A stretch of DNA of 64,000 nucleotides from Eukaryota sp. GEM-RC1 (GCA_040285855.1 JAUFOQ010000002.1:2046001-2110000); one strand, 5' to 3'; positions 12,111 through 24,700 are shown, counted from the first letter of the stretch. Notes: generated from the letters alone by a model not told the origin. Translations and numbers: made by a program.

Positions 12111-14468
12111 GCGGCAAAACAGACCTGGAGCAGTGCAAAAGAAGCATATTTACTCACATTTAAAGATAATAATTTTTTGTGATTTTGTGAGTCACAACAA
12201 TCACATCACAAAATCACATCACAAAAAATTGTGATTCGAAACTATGTTCGTAATGCATAATTCACTACTTTTCTGAGTTTTCACACACCTTTTCACACAC
12301 ATAAAACCTCTATATTACGACATTTGGAAGTCTTTTGATGACCTCTATACATACTTCAGCGAACTCAGTGAGTAGGTTGCCAACCCCTAATGGAAAGTAG
12401 GGAAACATCACCTAAAGATATTGAAAAATTGATCAAAAAACAGACTAAGGTATCCAATGATAAAAGACGGCTCGTAACAAAACATGACATCAATCTATCA
12501 AGTTTGGAAAAATGAAGTCTGGAATTGAGATTCTATTAATTCTGGACTTTATTCGAGTACTTGTGTATAATACTTATACTTACCAGCCCACAAAGGACAC
12601 TGAATCGAAGTTTAAACTGATCGTCATTAGAACCCAAAGTCAACTATGTAGAATCCAATGAAACAACGGGAGCAAGAGTATAACTACCATACAAGCACCA
12701 AGAGAGAAGGTCGTTTGTGGAATGGAATGTAAAAATATCGAATTCAAAATCTGTCACAACACAGTGGGTACAGAAAATACTACTACTAAACATCGTCTGA
12801 AGGCAGCAAAACATTGCTCAGAACCTAGTGAAAGGCATTCGGTAATGTAAACCAGTGTTCGAAAACACACGTGTCATTCAGAAAACGAACGTGTGAAACA
12901 CGTTTCCACACTGGACACGTGTCCGAACTGTGTGAATTCAACAATTCCATCCTTTCAAAGATTTCTCACTCTCCCCTCACTTTAAGATGACTGGCTCTCA
13001 ACAAATTCTAATGAAGATGACATTAACGATGTAACTGACGTTGAAGACTCAGAGGACGATGTGATAAAGAACCTTTCTCTTGTATGTAGTGACTAGTGAC
13101 AAAATAGAGTACCTCTACTTTTTGAGAACAAAGGTGCACACGTGTCCAAAAACAAAAGACACGTGTGAAACAATGCTCTATCAACCACTAGTTAATCTAA
13201 TTAGAGTCAAAGAATCCAAGATCCAGTGATGAGATGTCAGATAATGGCAAGAATTGGCCCAAGGTAATGTTTATAAAATCAAATTCTGCATCAAATTAGT
13301 ACTATATTACACATAAATCAAGTTTAACAATGATCAGGAAGCTGGAACTTGGGATCAAGAACAGAAATCACTGAGTGGTTTGGCAAAAGAACACTTTGTT
13401 TCACTTTCCAATTATTATCATTTTGGTTGTTATGAGAAACACGTGTTATAAGTAGCTTTAGTTTCATTTTGACCTAACCTTTTCTTGGTTACATAAACCT
13501 ATCTTTGCTATAACTGGCATCATGGTAAGTCTAAAATACAATAAATATTCGATTCGTAAATTTAGTAGCATTTCTAGATTTCTTTTGAGTGGTGGTTTTC
13601 TTACAGTAGATCTTCTTGGTTTGCCAGCTGAAGGACCAACACAATCATTAAATGTACTATCATGGGGTTCATCAATTTCATCAATTCAGCTCGCCTCTTC
13701 TTCTGAGGAAACTGTTGCCTGCTCCTGTTCAGTTTCGTCTTCTACCTCAATTTCAACACCATCACATCTTGTGTACATCATACTGTCAATCTCTAACAAA
13801 TCATCATTTGACAGCTGTACTTCGTTTTCAATCAGTATAGTATATCAGTAAAGTTAAAACCTCTATTTGTACTACATGTAGTATGTCCTGTGCTAGAAAG
13901 GAACAATGTTTTTAGGCTTTAGAAATGATAAAGAAAATACAGATACACAGTGGAAAAAAATACAAAAAAATACATGTACAGTATTTGTATTTCCAAGTAT
14001 GATAAAAACAATCAAAAATACAGACTGAAGCAAAAACTATTAACAAAATCTAGTTTTAACCATAGTTTGAAATTGTATAATTTTTCCATAATAATAATTT
14101 GTTATAATAATAATAATTTCTATAATAATAATAATCTTTTTTTCACCATATTTGTCGAAATTACATGCCTACTATTGTCTTGTGTCTTGCTATGTATTGC
14201 AAGTTAGAACGTTTCAGAGCATTCTGATCTCAAAGAAGTGGAAAAACCTCATTATTACCACTAGTAAACGTACATGTAGATGAGTTTCGACTGTTTTCCA
14301 TTACAAAATTCTGTTTGGTCTATCATTGCTATAATTATCAACATTATGGAATTATGCTTGTAAGAATAATAATCATAATAATAATAATAATTATTTTTCC
14401 AGTTCATAATTTCAAGCTATGGTTTTAACCTTTACATATTTTTCACATTTCATTATTAATAGAATTGG

Positions 14469-15848
14469 TCACCAACGTAGATCAATGTGAGTTCTTGTCG
14501 AATTTAACTTTAACGCCTCGGACAATGCTATGGCACTTTCATCTCCAATATCGTTTTCAAACAGATCTATCTGAGTAAGTGTAGAATTCATTTTCAACGC
14601 CTCGGACAATGCTATGGCACTTTCATCTCCAATATAGGTATTACTTAGATCAATCTGAGTAATTGTAGAATTCATTTTCAACGCCTCGGACAATGCTATA
14701 ACACCTTCATCACCAATCGCGTTGAGACCTAGATTAATGTAAGTAATTGTAGAATTCATTTTTAACGCCTCGGACAATGCTATAACACCTTCATCTCCAA
14801 AATCGTTCTCCCACAGATCAATCTGAGTAATTGTAGAATTCATTTTTAACGCCCCGGACAATGCTATAACACTTTCATCACCAATAGCGTTTTCACACAT
14901 ATCAATCTGAGTAATTGTAGAATTCATTTTTAACGCCTCGGACAATGCTATAAAACCTTCATCACCAATAGCGTTTTCACACAGGTTAATCTGAGTAATT
15001 GTAGAATTCATTTTTAACGCCTCGGACAATGCTATAAAACCTTCACCACCAATAGCGTTTTCACACAGGTTAATCTGAGTAATTGTATAATTCATTTTTA
15101 ACGCCTCGGACAATGCTATAACACCTTCATCTTCAATGGAGTTGCGACCTAGAGTAATCTGAGTAATTGTAGAATTCATTTTTAACGCCTCAGACAATGC
15201 TATAACACCTTCATCTCCAATAGCGTTTTTCCACAAATCAATCTTAGTAACTGTAGAATTCAATTTTAGCACCTTAGCTAATGTTACAGCATCTTCATTA
15301 CGTAGATCACAAAACCTACAGTAAAGTGTCCTCAAACGAGGTAAGTAAAGCTGTGAGGAGGGATCAAGGAAATCAAAACCAAAAAGATGATTACTACTCA
15401 ATTTTAATTCAGTAACGAACTGAGAAAAGAGGGTGAGACCTTCCAGTTTATATGACTTAACTTCCAGAGAGATAGATTGCACTGGAGCACCAAAGAAGGA
15501 AGTGAACGAGGAAAGTTGAGACATACAGGTATTGTCAACGGAGATGGTGACGTTTCTTTCAAGAAGGGCTTTAACTGAAAGAAAAGTGGACTCAAAGAAT
15601 CGTTCGCTGACATATCCAACTTGTTTGAACAAGTTGCGCAAGCGCTTCAGAAGATCATGTAAATCAGCTTGTTCAGATTCTAGCATCATCATAGCGATGA
15701 TGTTCACCAATATTGACTGCTGAAAGAAAACAGGACTGAATGGCTGATCATCTGGACTAGGACTTTCAGTGACAACAAGAGAAGATGGTCTCAGAACAGA
15801 AGAAGTTGGTATGGACCTGAACAAAAACCCTCGAAGGATTCTGAACAC
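14469..15848 (-). CDS. Ribonuclease-inhibitor-type (NLRC3-like) leucine-rich repeat protein
   Basis: About ten 28-aa repeats NxIGDEGVIALSEALKMNSTITQIxL. The start codon is uncertain (ORF call uses GTG; first ATGs at MMMLESEQ). Confidence 0.9.
   Translation of the reverse strand: MFRILRGFLFRSIPTSSVLRPSSLVVTESPSPDDQPFSPVFFQQSILVNIIAMMMLESEQADLHDLLKRLRNLFKQVGYVSERFFESTFLSVKALLERNVTISVDNTCMSQLSSFTSFFGAPVQSISLEVKSYKLEGLTLFSQFVTELKLSSNHLFGFDFLDPSSQLYLPRLRTLYCRFCDLRNEDAVTLAKVLKLNSTVTKIDLWKNAIGDEGVIALSEALKMNSTITQITLGRNSIEDEGVIALSEALKMNYTITQINLCENAIGGEGFIALSEALKMNSTITQINLCENAIGDEGFIALSEALKMNSTITQIDMCENAIGDESVIALSGALKMNSTITQIDLWENDFGDEGVIALSEALKMNSTITYINLGLNAIGDEGVIALSEALKMNSTITQIDLSNTYIGDESAIALSEALKMNSTLTQIDLFENDIGDESAIALSEALKLNSTRTHIDLRW
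14470..15300. repeat. 84-bp coding tandem repeat (LRR array)
   Basis: The unit AATTGTAGAATTCATTTTTAACGCCTCGGACAATGCTATAACACCTTCATC recurs every 84 bp. Confidence 0.95.
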
Positions 15849-16688
15849 CTCTCCATTAACACTTACTAAAGTTGGTTTTTCAAAAAGTGCAGTTCAACCT
15901 TTTACTATATTCTCACATCGTTTTCAACAAGAAGATCTTCCGAAGTTCAGCTAGCTTCTTTTGAGATTGGATGGAGAACACAATGAAATTTTAGCTTAAT
16001 AAGTATAATTTTCAAAAATATGGAATTCTGATTGAAAATAATTCAAAAAAAAAAACGGGGTTTATGATCAATCAGTGAAATAAATGCTTTTGCACAAAAC
16101 AATAACTAACAGACACTAACTAAAGTATCTAAACTATGATCCTTCTGTCCATCACCAAACAACTTACTTAAAATTGAATTAAAATATCAGCGAAATAATT
16201 ATATTTATAACAATAGTAATCAATTTTACTGTAACTTCTAGTTCATAATTTCAGGCAATGTCTCAAATACACGAAAAACACAATTGTTGTGATCTACAAA
16301 AGGTACAAAATGTCGTTGTGATTCTATCATTGGGTATATCCTCATCAGGGTTGTTGCATTACTCGATTAATGTCAGTCCAGTACTATCTTTAATTGGATT
16401 TGTTTTCTATAGATTTGTAGCTTCATATAAATCGCCACTGTTTCTAGAATACCCGGGTATTACCCGGGTCAAATACACCAAGAAATGCAATGAGCCGAAA
16501 TTCATCAAAACGGCACTCAAAGTGCTACAAGTTCTTTTCCACATCAATGTTATGGCTGATAATTGGAAGACCCATAACGTTGATAAAGTTATTGTAGCCG
16601 AAAGTGATCAGTCAACTGCAACAGCCAACTAAAATTTTTCAACCAACTTTAAAAAAAAACACAAGACCAACAATTATATTTTACTAAT

Positions 16689-18935
16689 TTACAACCAACC
16701 GTCATCATCATCTAAATCAGACTCATAAGGATTAATAAGACCATCATCATCCTCATACATTGGTCTGGCACAGATCCATCTTCTACCTTCCATGAACTCA
16801 TGGATCTTAGTAGCCCGTAACATATCTATTCTACAAACAATTCTAATATCAGCCTTGGTAATATAACCACGCTCATAACACTCCTCCAACACCAAATCTT
16901 TAACTCGAAGATACTCTTCTGGTAAGATTCTAAACTTCTCACACAGGTCAGCTTCTCCAGTATCCAACTTCCTGCTCTCAGGGAATGGCCTAAGGTCCAT
17001 GATCTGGCCCCAGCGAGGTTCTACGTTGAGTAGGGCAGATAAACCAAGAACCCATGCTTCGTGTTCCATTTCAGTCTCACAAACGCAATCCAAAGTACGA
17101 GTTCCGTCCTTGAGAACCAGAGAGAACGATCTCTCATCGTCATCAGGGTTAATAACTGCTTGTCGTTGGAATACAGCGGTGTGCTGACCAAGAATGAATC
17201 TAGTAACATCGGCCAATTGGATATAAGAGTCAGACTTGTCCTGCTGATCGTCCTTCTCACTCTTAACATTCCTCCAACACACTCTAGTTCTATCTTTGTT
17301 AATGTAGAAGTATCGGATATGAGGTTTACCAGCACGTCCATGCTTTACCAACAAGGTACCATGCTGCAAGTACTGTAATACCTTCTCAATCAAATCAAAC
17401 GTACTCTCGTGACCATTCATTCGCTCATAATCACTCGTATCGTACTCCTCGTCTTCCCTAGTGATTCTCTCCATTGTATCAGGGTTTCTCTTGTTCTTTT
17501 TGTTCTTGAGAGCTTCAATATCATCATCATCCATCCAAGACTTACTGTCAAGCTTAGAACGGAGCTCCATGACAATAAACTCTAAGTCCTCTCGTTGTTT
17601 TCTTTCCTCCATGAGCTCTGTCTTTAATCGGTTCATTTCACCTTCCATATCGGGGTTGAGGCCAGCTACGATGTCTTCGTTGACGTCAGGAGCGGCTGGG
17701 AGGGAGTTGAGGTGGTTTGCTAGTTCGGCTTCTCGGTTTTTGATATCTTTTTCTAATTTTTGAATTTTCTTTTCCTTCTTTTTAATTTCAGCGTTTCTAC
17801 TTTCTAAACGCTTCTTCAATCGAGCTAATTCTTCTTCCGTTTTCTGTAGTTGAGCAGTTTTCTTCCTTAATTCTTGCTTGGTATCGTTGTGAGCAGCCTC
17901 CATTTCTTGTTTTTTCAAGTCAAAGTCTTCCTTTTTCTGATTGAACTCTTCTTTTTTAGCTTCGAGTTCGGCAATCTTTTCTTGGAAAGCTGATTGATTG
18001 CTGGTCTGACTATTTGCGACTTTTTCCTTTAAATCTTTAATTCTGTTTTCATAAATAGTTTTGCTTTTCTGGAACTCTTCTAATAATCGTTGTTGTTCCT
18101 TATGAGCAGCATCTTCGAAAACAGAAAGTCGTTGATTGAGCTCTGATTCGATCTTCTTTGCCTGCGATGATGACGTGGTCGACGAAATGTCAACTGCAGT
18201 CAACATCGGATCAAGTGCGTTGTTGTCAAGGGCAACCAAGACAGTACAAGCTCCACCTTCAGGATCAAACGAAGGAGCAAGAGCCTTGGTGAAGAGACAA
18301 GAGTTAAGGAAAGGGGCTGTGAGTTTCTCTTTGAAGTAGAGGAGAGAAAGGGATAGTGAGGAGTATACAGAGGCGGAGGAGGCAGTGTAGGAAGGAAGAA
18401 GGACTATGGAGAGAGCGCCTCCAGAAACACAGTCACCGTCTTCAAGAGCACCCAGATTGAAACGGATGACAAGAGATTCGTTGGAGGAGAAGTCATGAGC
18501 TTGGGCAGAGACTTGGAGGAGAGTTACTGTAGCAAGATCTGATAGGTCGTGTTCAATGAGATCTTCAAACTCTCCTTCTTGTTCTATGACTTTGGCTTTT
18601 GAGTTGAATAGATCAAGAACATGTTTTCCTTTGTAGGGGAGTGAGAATAGAGCAACAGTGGCGAAGATTTTGCCATTGGTTGTTAAAGGTTGGAGATATG
18701 AGCAGAGTTGAAACACCAGACCATCTTCATCTGCAAAAACACAAGAATGCTTATTTGAGGTTGCAGATCCGAGAATAGCACATGTTGCTTCACCAGATTC
18801 TTCCAGAACTACAGGAAGAAGAGGCTTCAAAAGATCATTGAAAAGAGACTCATCTGGCTGAGGCTTAACTGCCGTAGTTACTTTGAGCATGAATGTACTT
18901 TCAGTCGGAGAATCACTAGACAAATAAATTGACAT
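16689..18935 (-). CDS. Degenerate kinesin-like domain + coiled coil + PH domain + SWIRM/HTH domain protein (TbPH1-like architecture)
   Basis: Intact 748-aa ORF. Kinesin motifs in order but degenerate (ILGSATSNKH, SSNESLVIRF, GALSIVLLPS, PFLNSCLFTKALAPSF..TVLVAL). Long heptad region. PH domain (LQHGTLLVKHGRAGKPHIRYF...TLDCVCETEMEHEAWVLGL). Ada2-type SWIRM-like tail (LCEKFRILPEEYLRVKDLVL...IDMLRATKIHEFM). Confidence 0.85.
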   Translation of the reverse strand: MSIYLSSDSPTESTFMLKVTTAVKPQPDESLFNDLLKPLLPVVLEESGEATCAILGSATSNKHSCVFADEDGLVFQLCSYLQPLTTNGKIFATVALFSLPYKGKHVLDLFNSKAKVIEQEGEFEDLIEHDLSDLATVTLLQVSAQAHDFSSNESLVIRFNLGALEDGDCVSGGALSIVLLPSYTASSASVYSSLSLSLLYFKEKLTAPFLNSCLFTKALAPSFDPEGGACTVLVALDNNALDPMLTAVDISSTTSSSQAKKIESELNQRLSVFEDAAHKEQQRLLEEFQKSKTIYENRIKDLKEKVANSQTSNQSAFQEKIAELEAKKEEFNQKKEDFDLKKQEMEAAHNDTKQELRKKTAQLQKTEEELARLKKRLESRNAEIKKKEKKIQKLEKDIKNREAELANHLNSLPAAPDVNEDIVAGLNPDMEGEMNRLKTELMEERKQREDLEFIVMELRSKLDSKSWMDDDDIEALKNKKNKRNPDTMERITREDEEYDTSDYERMNGHESTFDLIEKVLQYLQHGTLLVKHGRAGKPHIRYFYINKDRTRVCWRNVKSEKDDQQDKSDSYIQLADVTRFILGQHTAVFQRQAVINPDDDERSFSLVLKDGTRTLDCVCETEMEHEAWVLGLSALLNVEPRWGQIMDLRPFPESRKLDTGEADLCEKFRILPEEYLRVKDLVLEECYERGYITKADIRIVCRIDMLRATKIHEFMEGRRWICARPMYEDDDGLINPYESDLDDDDGWL

Positions 18936-18982
18936 TCCCTCAACTCAACACTACTACATATAGTACAAATAAATTCATATAA

Positions 18983-19261
18983 GACAAACATCTACAAGCA
19001 ACCATCCTTAACTTACATCGTCAAGTTGATGGACTTGCTGAAGGATTCCTGGCCCAGTGCACTAATCTTCTTTCAACAAATGGTAACACTGATGGATGCT
19101 GGCTCTCCAGAAACCACATCCGTCTTTTAAACGCTTGGGGAGATCTTGGAGACTTCTACCCTTCCATTTTCCCCAAAGAACAAACCTCTTGGATGAAGAT
19201 GGTCAACGAAGCCAATGATCCCATCACCAAATGCTCGGCACTGCTCTACAAGGATTACTAA
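18983..19261 (+). pseudogene. Phospholipase B-like (PLBD) gene fragment, not in the ORF track
   Basis: ATG-less open frame HRQVDGLAEGF...LLNAWGDLGDF...TKCSALLYK, resembling the PLBD Q..GL..G / GDL.D / CSAL motifs. Ends at the MITE junction. Confidence 0.55.
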
Positions 19262-19267
19262 TTTCCA

Positions 19268-20266
19268 TAGGTGTACTTCACATCAATTCTGTTCTGTTTT
19301 GTGATTTGTGATCACAAATCACAATCACAAAGTGTGATAACAATGATCACAACAATCACACATGATATGAAATGTGTAACTGATATCAAAAATTATCATG
19401 TTGTAACTTATCTCCCGACACTTTAAGCCCCAACGACAGACAGTTAAACAGTTACTAATTTATCACGAACTTGAAAAACAGTATTTTTGAAGCTACTTTA
19501 GTTCATCAATTGTTAGTTATTCACTTCTGCAAATGCATTTATTTCACTGATTGATCATAAACCCCGTTTTTTTCAATTGTCTACTAATTATTTTTACTAA
19601 TTTTTCCTGTTGGACAACTCAGTGTTTCCTCCACTTTTGTATCATCCTCGTCTGATTCAAACACAAAATGCACACGGTTTTCCCTTGTATTGTCACTTAT
19701 TATTGCTTCGAACATCCATCTCACTAAGGTCAACATGTTAAGATCCGTCACCCTTCTCTACCTATTCATGTTCCATGAATGTATTAAACTGCACGAAATT
19801 CGGATTTCTTTCTTGCTTCAATAGAGGTAGGATAAAATAAACTCAAATGACAACATCTATAGGATTATTAGACATATATTATCACAGTTTGAAAAAACAA
19901 AAATCTAATTCTTGTGGTGCAGAATGAGAATCAGCCACTCCAACTTGACAACAAGTAAATAGGAATGAAGGAGGACCAAAATTTTGTATTTTTGAGGGTC
20001 TTATTATTTCCTAAAAAAACATGCTATTTCCTTCATACGAAACCTCTATTAGAATATGATGTCCTCGTGTCTGTAAACAACCCAAACAAGTGACTTGTCA
20101 TGTTTATTTGCATTTGTTATTAAATCATAGATTTTATTTACTAGTTACGAAAGCCCTTTGCTTTTTAACTTGCATTTATATGACTAACATCTGACAAATG
20201 TACAAAATAGCAACCAAGTTTAGTGTGAACAATTATGATCACAGTGTGATTTGTGAAGTACAACTA
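19268..20266. mobile_element. MITE / non-autonomous hAT-like element (family B)
   Basis: TIRs TAGGTGTACTTCACA / TGTGAAGTACAACTA (14/15 match) with TCACA/TGTGA subterminal repeats. Related pieces at ~12178-12235 and 16045-16087 (inverted copy of 19534-19573). No clean TSD. Confidence 0.75.
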
Positions 20267-20268
20267 TG

Positions 20269-20895
20269 CTAATTTCCCGTAATTGTAATATTAGGAATTC
20301 CGGGAATTCCCGAAGGTCAATTTTGTAACGCCAGAATTACTGAATTCCATAAACAAAAAAATCTTCAATGTACATGACAAAACTTAACAAAACAGACCAA
20401 GTCAAGCATACCTACGGTTTCGTTGTATGTAGTCTACACTGGTTAGAACCAAAAGACTGTTTGACACCGACACTTCACAATTTTTACATCAGTTTACGTT
20501 TTTGCACGAAACAACATCGAAAGTACATTTTTCAAGAACATTTATCTACCATTATATTGTCCTAAAGTCGTATCAACATTGACTAGCAGTCTTTGCGTAT
20601 AAAATTAACCTATTCGGAAGTCCAAAAACCAAAATTTTCATTGCTACATATTTGAGAGGGATTTCCGTATGCATATGGTCTGTTCTGTCACTTTGCAGAA
20701 ATCGTGAGAATAGAAATCAGAATCGAAAGTTTCTTCTTTTTAGAAAATCCCTGGTATTTGTACGAATTCCAGAAGTTATCTTAACTCTGAGAATTTCAGG
20801 AATTACTGTAGTAATCGTTATTGCAGGAATTCCTGGAATTCCTGATCCAACGGCCTAGTAATTGAAAAGGAAAAGTATGCTTGAAACATCTTTAT
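20269..20895 (-). mobile_element. Non-autonomous repeat family A, copy 2 (uninterrupted)
   Basis: Reverse-complement copy of 6575-6789 joined to 9685-10085. Confidence 0.9.
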
Positions 20896-20959
20896 TTTTT
20901 TTTAACCAAGTTTCTTTGTTATGGACAAACACACTACAGTGTACATACATCTTATAATC

Positions 20960-21628
20960 AATATCCTCAAAGTTCTGATTGCCTATCTGGAATTCTCACC
21001 AACATTACCCTCATATTGTCTGCCAAGAGATAATAAAGTGCTAGATACGGAAGCCACCATACCTTTAAAGATAACAAACAAAATTCGATTTTTCCAAAAT
21101 TTAAGATCAAAAGTCCTAGCCGTTTTTGTCTTTTACAATCTTCACAAAGATTTCAAGTAAGATGTGGCCGATTCACCTAAAGAACTGTACAGTGAAAATA
21201 CAAAAGGGTACAACAAGTAATTCGAGTGTGAAATCGAATTCAATAATTTCAATTTAGCACATTTTTTTCAATTTATATTTTTCACCAATCAACAGAGGGT
21301 TTTTAGCATGAGATTTAGCAAGTTTCTTGTTGGAATCATTACAAACGTCGATAGACATAAGATCAGCAATAATAAATGATCTATCGAGACCAGGAAATAT
21401 GACATCACCACGGTTATTTTCAAACGATTTGTCAACAGCCGTATCATCAAACAAACCAGCCAGAACTGGTTCTAAGAAGGAAACTATTCCATAAGATTTA
21501 CACATACAATATAATTGATCCCTTACAGAATCATGAATCTTACTTCTAGAAGAAATAGAACGTTGCCAATTTAATAAATGTGTAGGTGGTACAGATTGTC
21601 CATGGTAAAATCTGTTAGTACACACCAA
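20960..21628 (-). mobile_element. RLE-type non-LTR retrotransposon 3' fragment (second subfamily)
   Basis: IHDSVRD...EPVL...RGDVIF...IADLMSIDVCN...GEKYK, then PFVFSLYSSLG..FWKNRILF after stops. This is the restriction-like endonuclease motif series. Confidence 0.75.
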
Positions 21629-21780
21629 TATTCAAGAAATTATTAGATTTGACTGATTGTATACTGATGTTTGATAGTTAAAGTGTTAATTATATTGTAG
21701 ACTTCAGGTCACAGCTCAGGTCAAGGTCGTCAAATGACTAGACATGTGATCTTTTAAAAACCCTAATTAAACCCTTCTTA

Positions 21781-24700
21781 ATGAACAGCTTTCCTATTTC
21801 TGTATATATCCCAACAGATACGTGGTCGCAATGGTCTGATAGCTTTCTCTCCATATCTCCCTTATCAATCTCTAATGTAATTTTCTCCACCGACACATAC
21901 AACATCAAACAGTTTCCAATATGCTATGTTCCTTTCGATAAACATGTTTTTAACATAACTTCTGAACCTTTAGCGATTTCCAGACACCCCTTCCTCTCCA
22001 TCCTTGTCTTTAATCACTGCCCTGGTTCTCCATACGATTCCTCCACTAAATCTGCTCTTCTGGAATGGCTCAACTGTGTCACTCACTGTGGAGAATACCT
22101 TATCGTCGTTCTTTCTACCTATTCTCTCTCTTCAAAAGCCCACAGGAAGTTTCTCGAGTCAATACGCAATGATTGTCCCTCACAAATTTCCCTTAAAACT
22201 AGAACAACCTCTCTCCACTACACCCTCCCTAACCTTCTCACATCTTCTTCTCTTGAGTCTCTCTCTTCTGCATTCTCATCTCTCCTATCTTCTTCCATTG
22301 CAACGAGACTAGTACGATGTTATGACATTGCCAAGAGCTATAAGAATCAACTATTGCTTTCTGATAGTGGGAATGCCCTACATTATATTCGGGCGGAAGC
22401 TTCATTAGCCTTGCTGTTTTCTTCTTTGGACTTCAACTCTTTATCTGCTCTTCATTGGATCGATCTGTACGAATCATTGGTCTCAATCAATTTTGATGAT
22501 ATTAATGTGATTGATGATAAGGATGAGCTCTTTTCTTTGTCAAATCCGATTGGAGTTACTTTAGAGTCGAAGGATTGAAACCAAATAGTTTCAGTGTTTT
22601 TTATTTGTTGAGATTACTTCATTTTCATATTTTTACAAACCTGATAGATGTTGTAAATCCTCATTCCGATGATGTTTTAAAATATGTTGAATTTGCTTTC
22701 AAGTTCTACGTTAATTTTAAAAAAGTCATGATGGCATGTGATTTGGCCAAGGCTCATTCATTATGTCTTTCAGCTGTTTTTCTTTACAACAAAGAAATAG
22801 GAGGTTATTTATGCGACTTTCTTGATAAAAAGGTCATATATTTGAATATTCAGATTTTCTGTCCATTCTTCATCAAGCCAAGATCTTGTTAAAACAATCA
22901 CAATTCTATTTAGTTGTTCATGTTCTCTTGGAAGAAAAACTTTCTTTAAAGGAACCTGTTATTCCCACTTCGATTTTATTAATGTTTCCTGATGTATGTA
23001 AAGTTGTTGAAAATTTAAATATTTCTAGTGCTGATTTGCTGTATTCTGAACTGGCTCCACAATTTTGTGAGTCATTTTCAAATATTTGTAAACGGATCTG
23101 CTTTTTGAACAAACCGTATGTCAATGAACATACTTTTGATACGTTGACTGGACTGTTTGTACAATCATCTGTCAATTTTGATGAATATTTACCAAAAATT
23201 AAAAAATTCATAGATTCGGGATGGTATTCTTTAGCTTTGTTTTCGACTAAGAAACTACTAACTCAGAAAAATTTGATTATTCGAAACTCTGATCTTCTAT
23301 TCAAAATCATTTTTGAAATCCCCTATTTTGAAATTTTTGACTGGAAATCAGTAGCCTTTCTTTGTAGTCTTCTTACTGAATCTCCTTCTCATCATATAAT
23401 AGATTTGAAAAGAATTCGTTTGACTTCCAGAATGATTAGACCGTTAGAAGGCAGTCTTTTTGATTTTACAACTGGATTTCCATGTGAAATTGCTATTTAT
23501 CCTAGTCGAATTCATCCATTTTTGTCCTATTTAATGACCTTGGCACGTGATCAACCTAATCATTTTGATCGTTTTGATGTCGTTTTGAACTTAAAGGGAT
23601 CAAAGGGAAGCAGTCTTTCATTTTCATTTTCTCATTTCTCACAGATTGATGATGATTTTGTAACAATTTTAAAAACGATATCAACAACTACTGGTTCATT
23701 CCACCTGAAATCAGTGTGTATCACATTCAATCATTTCCAAATTCTTTTTCAAATACTGAAGTATTTCGCAAATATTTGAAATTTTCTCGTCCACCGTTAA
23801 ATGCTGAAATAGGAGTTTCACAACCTTTTGGTATAATCCCAGTAAAAGCTCTTTCACTTCTCAGATTCTCAGTTAATCCCACGGAAACGTTAACAAAACC
23901 ATCATTCATCATTAAATCAGAAGATAATTTGTTGATTAGTTCGTGCTACATTAGCAGTCCAGAAGATTCTCCAAGAATTGTGTCAAATTCCGAACATTTG
24001 GCTTTTAATGAAGAAGATGCTCATCAATTTAATCACTTTGAGTATCAGTTTGAAAGGAATCTTGAAAAAGGAAATCAAATTGAGCTTAATTTTGAAGTGT
24101 TTTCGTTTCAGCCCTCAAATAACATTTTAAATGTGGATTTTAGTTATACATTTAATGATTTTTCTCTTAATTTCCCTTTTGAAGTTGCTTTTGTTTCAAT
24201 TGAACCATTCAAAATTGCAGTCAATTCAGTTCCAAACACTATTATATCAAAAGTCGGAGAATTCGTCGGAAGTCTTTTGATTGAATCCACTCTGCCCATT
24301 GGATCTTTACATATCAAGTGTTTCTTTCGTCAACGATTCATTAGACTCAAAATTTGAAATATTTGATTCTGATAATGATGAACAACTTGTTCTGAAATCA
24401 AATTTCAAATATTCTAAATTTATTGAAATTTCAGATGGAACACTTCTTTCAAAGCTAAGTAAACTACACATTGTGTATCAAACACAATCATCTCCTTCAA
24501 AAAGATCATTTTTACATTATTATTTTGACATTTGCCTGCAACATTTTCCCATACCTGAAATTTCAATTTTTGCAGTTAATTATCCCAAGGTTTTCCATCG
24601 GGGAAAATCTGCTAAATTTAAGTTATCAATTACTTCAAAATCTACACTTCCGTTGAGTTGTTTGCTCAAAGTACAATTCAACAGTTTATTATGGCTCAAT

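Noticed and set aside
12850..13190. Possible MITE with ACACGTGT subterminal repeats; also AAATAC-rich repeats at ~13930-14020 and ~63630-63740
   Set aside because: Probably non-autonomous elements, but I could not define convincing TIR pairs or TSDs.
14470..15300. CRISPR-like array (constant repeat with variable spacer)
   Set aside because: The units are in-frame 28-aa LRR codons, the variable parts are mutually homologous, and there are no cas genes.
16999..18339. Plus-strand ORFs overlapping the 748-aa gene (and similar shadow ORFs over GlyRS, LRR and the giant gene)
   Set aside because: Antisense or alternate-frame shadows of real coding sequence.
20368..20858. Short ORFs 20368..20565 and 20652..20858
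   Set aside because: They lie inside non-coding repeat family A and have no recognisable domain.
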